DNA from: Neocallimastix sp. 'constans'
Lineage: Eukaryota
DNA: 64,000 nt
Direction: 5' to 3'
Assembly (NCBI GenBank): GCA_050613775.1
Contig: JBODTK010000122.1
Location: 124,001 to 188,000, forward strand
Position numbers and translations under genes: made by a program. Under the pieces are notes generated by a model. That model had not been told where the DNA came from, searched no databases, and saw only the letters and a list, made by a program, of their open reading frames with translations. Shown here one piece after another: positions 55,016 through 64,000 of the stretch (its first letter is position 1; every line of letters begins with the position of its first letter).

Positions 55016-56263
55016 TTTTAATTTAAATCTAATTTTAATCTTCGAAAAAATAAAGTTTTTTTAATTTATTGATAGTTTTAGTGTTTTTTTTTTTTCTATT
55101 TTAGCTTACAATTTTTTTTTTTAATATTTTTTTAACAATTATTATTTACTTTTTCTTTATAGTTTTGTTTATTTATTATTTTTCTTTTTAAAAAATAATA
55201 AATAAACTACGCTATAAAGATTATATCTGTAAAAATATATAAAAAAAAAAAATGAGAAAAAAAAAAAATAATAATAAAAAAAATTTTTATTTTCAAATAT
55301 TTTATTTTAATTAAAATTTAATAAAAAAAAGAATGAAAAGTAGTAATCACAAATTGTTTTTTACGTAGTACAAATATTCTTTAGCCAATAAAACAAAAAT
55401 GGTTTAACCCTTTATTTTGAAAATTTAAATAAAAAAGAAAAAAAATAATATATAAAAATTAAAATTTAAATTTTTTAATTATTATTTAATTTAATAATTA
55501 GAAAGTACAAATTGTCATTCAATATTTCAAAAAATCTTATGAATACATAATTATTAAACTTTTTTTTTTTTGTTCTTTTATATCATAAAAATTTAAATAT
55601 TACATATACACAATATTATAACTAAATTTCTTAATAACAATATATTGTATTCATATATAATATAGTATTTAATATTAATAATTATTTAAATAGAAATCAT
55701 AAATATTTAATTGTCAATATTGTTAAGTAAATTTAATTAAAATAATAAGTTAAATTATGGAATTATTTCAATAATTAAAAAGAAAATAACTATTTTATAA
55801 AATAAAATAAATTAAAAAAACCAATGCAATGTAATACAATACAATACAACACTGTAAAAATTTAATAAAGAAAAAATAAAAGATATTTAATAAAATATAT
55901 ATAAACAATTTAACTATAAAAATAATAATAAATAATAGATAAACAGAAAAATAATAAAAAATAATTGCTTAGAGTCAGGAATTTAGGGTTCATAATTATG
56001 ACAACTCTTTTAATTTATTTTTATTAGTTTATACTTTATTCTAAATTATATGATTTTACATTAATAAATTGTGCATTAATTATTTTGCATTTTAATACAT
56101 TAATCTCATATTCACTTATTATAATATAATATTCACAGAATTTGTTGTATTTCATAATGGGGCTTTTTGTTAACGTAATTTAATACCATAAAATTTTCTT
56201 ATTAATATATATATATAAAAAAATAAAAAAATTATAATTATTTGGAATTTGATTCATTTGGCC

Positions 56264-56447
56264 CGGGAGTGTGCATTTTTTTCGTTTGTCTTAATTATTT
56301 TTATTATTATTTAAAATTTTATTTATTCATTTATAATTTATTTATTCATTTATTTATTTATTACATTATAATACGCCATGTTTTCCGAAATGCACTACAA
56401 CAAAATACAAATTTATGTAATAAAAATTTTCGAAATGACACACCCCC
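56264..56447 (+). mobile_element. 184-bp internal-deletion derivative of the MULE at 5647
   Basis: A short left TIR stub (CGGGAGTGTGCATTT) joined to ~165 bp nearly identical to 9084-9248. Exact 9-bp TSD CATTTGGCC at 56255-56263 and 56448-56456. Confidence 0.93.
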
Positions 56448-56637
56448 CATTTGGCCTAGTTATATTTTGTTAAGTGGCGCATAAGATCAAGTTTCATATA
56501 AAAAATAAAAAATAAAAAATTTATTGATTTATTTATTTTATTATTTAATTTTTTCGAAATGCATCTTACTCCAAATAAAAAAAAATAAAAATAAAATTTA
56601 GCGAAACACAACTCTCCCATATATTTGCTCTATTAGA

Positions 56638-57006
56638 TAATAATAAATAATAAATAATTAATAATAAATAATAAATAATAAATAATAAATAATAAATAAT
56701 TAATAATAAATAATAAATAATAAATAATAAATAATAAATAATAAATAATAAATAATAAATAATAAATAATAAATAATAAATAATAAATAATAAGTAATAA
56801 ATAATTAATAATAAATAATAAATAGTAAGTAATAAATAATTAATAATAAATAATTAATAATAAATAATAAATAATAAATAATAAATAATAAATAATAATA
56901 ATAAATAATAAATAATAATAATAAATAATAAATAATAAATAATAAATAATAAATAATAAATAATAAATAATAAATAATAAATAATAAATAATAAATAATA
57001 AATAAT
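56638..57006. repeat. (AATAAAT)n microsatellite, left flank of the recombinase island
   Basis: Directly visible 7-bp period. Confidence 0.9.
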
Positions 57007-57032
57007 ATTAATTAATGATGATTTAATCTTAG

Positions 57033-57520
57033 AAATCTAATCCTATTATTGAATTTAAATCTACTTATATAATCAATCAATTCTATATATTATCCTAGGA
57101 TATTGATATTACGATTTATATATTAAATCTATATCTTGGTATATCATGCAGTTCTTCACTAATTAATACTAACAACTATATATGTAGAGATTATCCTTAT
57201 TTAGCTTATTATATATCTTTAATAATTAGAGATATAAATAATATGATATATAAATTGATAGTACAATTACTGGATAGATTTAGCAAACCTAAGTTTCTTT
57301 AAGTTTAGTTATATGATTATTTATTAGTACTTAATATATAAAGATATTATTTAGGTATAGTACTATCTTAGTTACTATCCATTTAGATTAACTATTAATA
57401 TTAATTATTAATAACTTAAGCTTATATTATCTCTATATAAATAACTCTAAAATAGTTAATAAATTAGATATTTTTATTAAATAAAATTATCTTTAAATAT
57501 CTTCTTAGATATAATCTAAA
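57033..57520 (+). pseudogene. Possible heavily decayed serine-recombinase catalytic (resolvase) domain
   Basis: One frame reads ..LNLYLGISCSS..RDYPYL..YKLIVQLLDRFSK. This resembles DxGxSG..RP..livxxLDRxSR in the right order. Many TAA/TAG stops follow, and no YxRxS motif is visible. Confidence 0.4.
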
Positions 57521-58347
57521 TATTTAAACAATTAATTCAACTTTGTGATCTATTCTATGATTTATTCTTGGTTAGATTATGACCATATTACGGTAGTATA
57601 TATCTTCAAATATCCATATATTGTAACAATGATATCACAAGCCCTTGATATTGGTTATTTATTATTCATGCAATTAATAAACGAATAAAATGAATATCAA
57701 GTTCTATGTCTTATATATTAAATCCTATTTCTTATCTATTTAAGCTATTCTTATAATACTTTTTTATCTATTTATAATAATTTAAATCTAGATTGGTAGT
57801 TAGTGGTAGATCAACTAATACTATCATTATTTTCTTCATATTGCTATTTTTGCTGTTGATATATTCTATTATCTGATATTTATGTCTTGATCTACCACTA
57901 TCGTATTATAGCTATAACTATTCTTAATATTTATATCTTAAATTATCGCTATTATATTAATCCAGATACTAACAGAATACTTAACTTGTTCTATTACTAT
58001 TATTGGTATATTGATAGAATAGACTAGAACTATTACCATTAGATATATATATATATATATATATAACTTAAGTCTATACTTTAAGTAGAATATAGCTTTG
58101 ATTTAATTAGAATATAATCTGTATTTACGATTTATATAATTATTGGATAAAATAAGCTTATGGATAGTTAGAATAACGCTAGTTATTATATATATATTTT
58201 AATCAGAATATGCCTAGTTATATATATATTTAATCACCAATATACCTAGTTAAATTCTATCAAAATATACCTAGCTTATATTCTATCAAATATAAACTGA
58301 TTTTTTGGATGAATAAATTTTAGTGAGAATAAATAAGAAGATTAAAC

Positions 58348-59301
58348 ATGAATAAAGCGAATCCTAAACCACAGGAAGTTTTTGATATTCTGATCAACAA
58401 TCGGTACGTCGTTAATCTGATATACAACCGCTATATATCTATGGATGCTTATCAGTCGGTATATGATTATATTCAATCAGATGATCGTTGCAATGATATT
58501 TGTAAGAGAGAGATATATCATGTTTATGATATTGATGATGATGATAAGAACCTAATTGATCAGCTACTTGATAGCTGTGATACTAATAGTAGAAAGTACC
58601 AGTTCAATAAAGTCATTACTATTCCTATCATCAAGAGAATATTATCTATAGATAAAGAGCTGATTAATGATAGCAACAAACTAAGCTACAATAAATGGAT
58701 GGTTACTCAAAGATTGATATACAATGGGTATAATAAAAATCCATTATATAAAGCTATCAGTAAATATAGCAATAAAAACTATCTATCATCTGTCTTAATA
58801 TGTGGAAAATGTAACCAGCTAATGGTAGGTAACAATAACCGAGTTTATAAAGGTATTAGATTAAAATATTATTGATGTAGTAATCTCATTATTCCAAATA
58901 AAAAGACACCCGTTGAAGATAAAGCTAAAATCGGTTGCAATTGTAAGAATCTTATTATTGATTATGTCAATCCCATTATCTTTGAATTGTTGCTTAACAT
59001 AGATAGAGGCTTAATAGATAATAAGTTTATAGTTAAACTATACAATAGCTATAGAGCCTTATTTATGTCTAAAAACTACGAGAGTATTAGTAACAAAGTT
59101 AAACGGTCGTTCGTGTTGATCTTTATTAATCATATTATATGGAACGATATCTCTAAACAGTTAACTGTCTATTTTTATGATACTATTAAAACTATCAGTG
59201 TTACAATCATTACTAATGAATCTGGCTATAGTATACTCAATGATGGTTATTACGTAGATAAAATGTTCGTTAAGATAGAGAAGTATTATCTAATTAACTA
59301 G
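58348..59301 (+). pseudogene. Large-serine-recombinase-like DNA-binding region (recombinase domain, zinc ribbon, C-terminal motif); 317 codons with one in-frame TGA at 58873-58875
   Basis: ORFs 58348 and 58987 are in the same frame and joined through a single TGA: NYLSSVLICGKCNQLMVG..LKYY*CSN..GCNCKNLIIDYVNPIIFELL. This matches the LSR zinc ribbon pattern (yLLsGll.CgxCg..m....YYrC..C). It is preceded by VVNLIYNRY, IIKRIL and KWMVTQRLI, and followed by KRSFVLIFINHIIW..LTVYF. Confidence 0.72.
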
Positions 59302-59577
59302 ATATGTATTGCGCTTATTTATTATTATAAGATAAGATAGTAAAGTATATTATATTATTAGTATAAATAATGCTGATAAATAAATACTTATAACTAACTA
59401 ACTAACTAAATAATAAATAAATAGTTAACTCTCTACTATTTTTAAAAGTATATATAGTTATTTTATTCAAAAGTTATTTAAATATTTAGTTGGTTTATTT
59501 AGTTAAATCAATATTATTTGAATTATTTATGTAGTACTATTTAGTTAGTTTATTTAGTTATTTATTAAATATTATTA

Positions 59578-59936
59578 AATAAATAATAAATAATAAATAA
59601 TAAATAATAAATAATAATAAATAATAAATAATAAATAATAAATAATAATAAATAATAAATAATAAATAATAAATAATAAATAATAAATAATAAAAAATAA
59701 TAAATAAATAAATAAATAAATAATAAATAATAAATATATGAATATATAATAAAAATAAATAATAAATAATAATAATAAATAATAATAAATAATAATAATA
59801 AATAATAATAATAAATAATAATAATAAATAATAATAATAAATAATAATAATTTAATAATAGTAATGATTATAATAATGATTTTAATAATAATAATAATTA
59901 TAATAATAATAATTATAATTAATAATAATAATAATA

Positions 59937-59972
<36 letters not shown>

Positions 59973-60000
59973 TAATGATAATTAATGATAATAATAATGA
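59578..60000. repeat. (AATAAAT)n grading into (AAT)n microsatellite, right flank of the recombinase island
   Basis: Directly visible. Confidence 0.9.
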
Positions 60001-60105
60001 ATATTAAATATTAAATAATGGAACAATGTTTAGATGTTTTAATCATTACAATTTTAATTTACATATGTAATTTTGTTAAAATTGAAAGTGCTGTATTTAT
60101 AAAAA

Positions 60106-61537
60106 ATGGAACAAAATATAAATATTGAAATAAGTGAAGCAAATAATAGAGGAAAAGAACAAATTAATGTAAACAAAAAATATAAATATAATTTAACTCT
60201 AAAGAAGGATAACTCGAAAGTATATAGATGTATTGAATAGATCATTAAATAAATGTAAAATTTTCATTATTTTAAAATATAAGAAGGATATATTAAAATA
60301 TGAAAGTTTACATTATAATTACCTCGAAAAGAATTCCATGTATCTACAATTAATAACAAAACATAAAATTATAAATGAAATTAAAAGAAATTCAACTCTT
60401 TTTGATATAAGACCAAAATGTTTATATAATGAAATATCTTGAAAAATAAAACCTTTATTCCCTGAATATAAATACAATTAAATTCTAAGTAATAAGAAAT
60501 ATAAATAAACAACCACTTTCAGATGTAACAACATTTAAAGAAATTCCAGATGAGTCATACTATTATAGAACTGGAAAGAGATGAAGATTTTCTCGTATTC
60601 AAAAACTCTAATATAATAGTTTTTCAATCACCATTCTAAGCAAAATTATTTATAGAATATAGTAACAATATATTTGTGGGTGAAACATTTTAAATGGTCC
60701 CTATATTTAGTTATTAAGTATTCATCATTTTCATCATTAGATATTGTTAAAGAATTAAACAGTTTTTACCCCACTTTATTTTCAATATTACAAAATAAAG
60801 AAAAAGCAACTAATGAAAAATTATTTAAAAAAATAAAAAAAAGTTAGTGATTATAATAATAATATTATAATTAAATCAAAAATCTTTATTATGATTTCGA
60901 AAATGTCATTTCTAATTCATCAAAAAAAAAAAAATTTTTTTTAGATATAAACAATAAATACTGTATTAAGCACTATAAAAGATTATTGTAGATAAAGGAA
61001 CAAATTAAAAAATTTTATTCTTTTTATCTGCAATAATTATTGCGATGCAATGGATGATAAAACAAATTTATAAACTTATTATAAATATAATTCAACTTAC
61101 ATTTTATAAATTCTCAATGCATAATTGATATTTATAATATAATTAAAAGTTCATTCCAAAAATAACATGATAAATTTTTAGAATATTTTGAAGAGACCAT
61201 TTTAGGTGGATACAAAAAAAAAAAGATTGATATTACTATAACAACATTGAGCATAAAACAAATAATGTATCTGAATCATTCAATATTTACTTATATAATA
61301 TATTTTTTTAAAAAATTTTTTTTTTATAGATTAATAAATATATTAATGAAGAATCTTTATCTTTTAATAATTACCAAAGGAAAACTGTTGAATTTTGGAA
61401 AAAAAAAAAAAAAAAAAAAAAAAATCAACAAGAACTGAAGAAACTTGTATTTTAATTGAAAATTATAAAAATATGGAGTCCAAGTTAATTGATAATGTAG
61501 GTCAAAAGATTGATACAACTAAATTATGTTTTAAATA
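60106..61537 (+). pseudogene. Decayed MULE transposase, paralogous to 6363-7798
   Basis: MEQNINIEISEANNRGKEQI, VYRCIE, LKYESLH, VFQSPF and YDFEN fragments are colinear with the transposase at 6363. Many stops and frameshifts. Confidence 0.9.
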
Positions 61538-62561
61538 AAAATATTTTGGAAATGATTATATTAATTATAAAAATTATAAATTTAAAATTGTATTTGAATA
61601 ATAATCTCTTATATTCAATAAGATTTTGTAAAGGTTTTAGTTATCGATAAAATATTATTATATAGATAAATAGAAAAAAAAAATAATTTATTAATTAAAA
61701 AAAAAATAGTGTATATATTTTGCTTCTAATATTTTTATTAAAACATATTTTTATGAATATATATTTTTTTGTTCAGTTTAAATCTTTATATTTTGTATTC
61801 AATAATAATAATAATAATAATAAAATAAAATAAAAAATAAAAAATAAAAAAATCAGTGAAACATTTTAATATTTATTTTTATTTTTTTTTTTTTTTAATA
61901 TCTTTATAATAAAATTTATATAAAATTTTATTATACGATAATTTTATTTATTTAATAAATAAATAAATAATTATATGGTTAGTGTTTTTTGATGGATGGT
62001 ATATGTGTTTTTCAATTTAAATTTTACATATGACTTTAATTATATGTTTTTCAATTTTAATTATACATGAAACTTTAATTATATAAAAAATTCAGAAAAA
62101 AAAAATAAATAAATACATAAAAAAATATCATGGAACCATTACAAATTAATATTATTAATTATTTATTAATTAAAATTTTAATATGAATGTGGATAAAAAT
62201 ACCCCATTTTAAATATATTTTTGAAACATCATTTAGTATTATTTTCAACAACAATAATAATAGGAAATCAACAATAATATTACCATTTATATTAATATAT
62301 TAATTTATATTTAATAAAAATAATTAATATTGTAATATTACTAATTATATATTAATAAATATAAAATTTTGATATAAATAGATACATACATATTTTTATA
62401 TTTAATCAATATAAAAATATTATTAATATAATATAAAATAAAGAATAAAGTGTGAAATTAATCATACTTATTATAGTATTATTAATGAAAAGTTAAATTA
62501 ATTTAATGTTTATTTGGATACAATAAACTAGCCGTAACAATAAAAAAAATATTAATACAAA

Positions 62562-62696
<135 letters not shown>

Positions 62697-64000
62697 ATAG
62701 AAGTAAAAGTATAATGATTCATTGAAATATTTAAAAAAAAAAAAAAAGGCACAGAAATAATTCTTTAAATGTTAAAACTATATATATATATTTATAATAA
62801 TAAAATATAAAATATTCTAATTAAATGTTTAAAATAAAGAATTATTTTTTTTAAAAATTTTATAACACTTTTTATATATTAAAATAAAAAAATAAAAAAT
62901 TTATTAATAGGTTATATTATTTCAGAGGATGAAAGAAAAAAAAAAATATTAATACTGATTTTTTCTTTTTATTATAAATATTTATTAAAATGCTTTAGAG
63001 CTATAATTTATAATTTAATTTTTAATAATTATCAATTTAATGATATAATGTTTTTGTTATTATAAAATATTAATTTAACATTTAGTGATATAGAGAAAAC
63101 TATTTTTAATCATAGCAAAAAAATAATGAAATAATTAAATAAATAAATAAACAATTAACAAAATTTAAAAAAAATAATATTATTATATAAGTTAAAACTT
63201 TATTTATTTATTTTTATTTATTTAATTTTTGATAACTAAAATAAATTTTTTTTGTCTCATTTTTTTTTTTTTTTTTTTTTAATTTTTAATTTTTATTTGA
63301 TTACTTATAAATATTGTTTATTTTTATAAATATTAATACAATATAATATATGATGAAGTACAGAATATAATTTATTCATGACTTCTCTTTTTATTTTTTA
63401 TATACATGATAATTCAATCTTTTTATTGTATTGCATATTCAAATTTAATTTTTTTAAATAAATATAAAATAAATTATAGAAGAATGACCAAATATATCTT
63501 TGATATAACTATAATATTATAAATATCTATTTTTGAATCTATATATAATTTAAAAATCATGATGAATATAATCAATTTATAATCATAAACAATATACAGA
63601 ATTAATAAAATTTAATCCATATATTAATTTCTATATTACAATTTTTTTTTTCATAATATTTATATATTTCTATTATTATTCTTATTATTTCTATAATATT
63701 CATAAAAATTCATATATTAAATATGAATATTATTATTGGCTGGTTTTTTGTTGCACAACAAATCTTAATTATTATAAAATGTTTAAGAATTAGGGAAAAA
63801 AAAAAAAAAAACATTTTAAAGTATAAGTCATTAGATTTTATCCTTTTTTTTATTCACTTCTTTTTTACTTATTTTTCCTTTCCTTTTATTTTTTTTTTTT
63901 TTTTTATTTTTTTTTTTTTATTTTATTTTATTTTATTTTCATTTTCTAAATTAAGCGATTATATTTTAAATATCTTCACTATAGTATATGAGAAGTAAAG

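Noticed and set aside
57540..57905. Minus-strand decayed frame (..KKIMIVLVDLPLTTNLDLNYY..) reminiscent of a viral Rep helicase Walker B region
   Set aside because: No Walker A motif is visible and there are several stops; too weak to call without a profile search.
58873..58875. TGA as selenocysteine or an alternative genetic code
   Set aside because: The motif position is normally Arg or variable, so CGA>TGA is simpler; there is no other evidence of recoding.

Overview
Extremely AT-rich, intron-containing eukaryotic DNA. The fungal non-catalytic dockerin repeats and SBP-7TM receptors point to an anaerobic gut fungus (Neocallimastigomycota); this is an inference. Host genes: a partial spliced gene with at least three tandem MATH domains (-, runs off the left end), two tandem receptors fusing a sugar-binding-protein (SBP) domain to a class C-like 7TM, and two convergent GH114 paralogues (one with three dockerins, one with a long Lys/Ser tail). 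The rest is nested mobile DNA and pseudogenes: a 3.6-kb Mutator-like element with TIRs and a 9-bp TSD, a mini-derivative and a decayed copy of it, inverted non-autonomous TIR elements, a miniature LTR retrotransposon, solo LTRs with 4-bp TSDs, LINE 3' ends, and lectin, LRR-like and Cys-rich relics. Two observations stand out. (1) A microsatellite-flanked island at about 57.0-59.6 kb encodes a large-serine-recombinase-like protein (recombinase plus zinc-ribbon domains, one in-frame TGA), with a possible decayed resolvase domain upstream. (2) The miniature LTR element has a primer-binding site complementary to the whole 5' half of tRNA-Lys(CTT). All homology calls come from reading motifs by eye; no searches were run.
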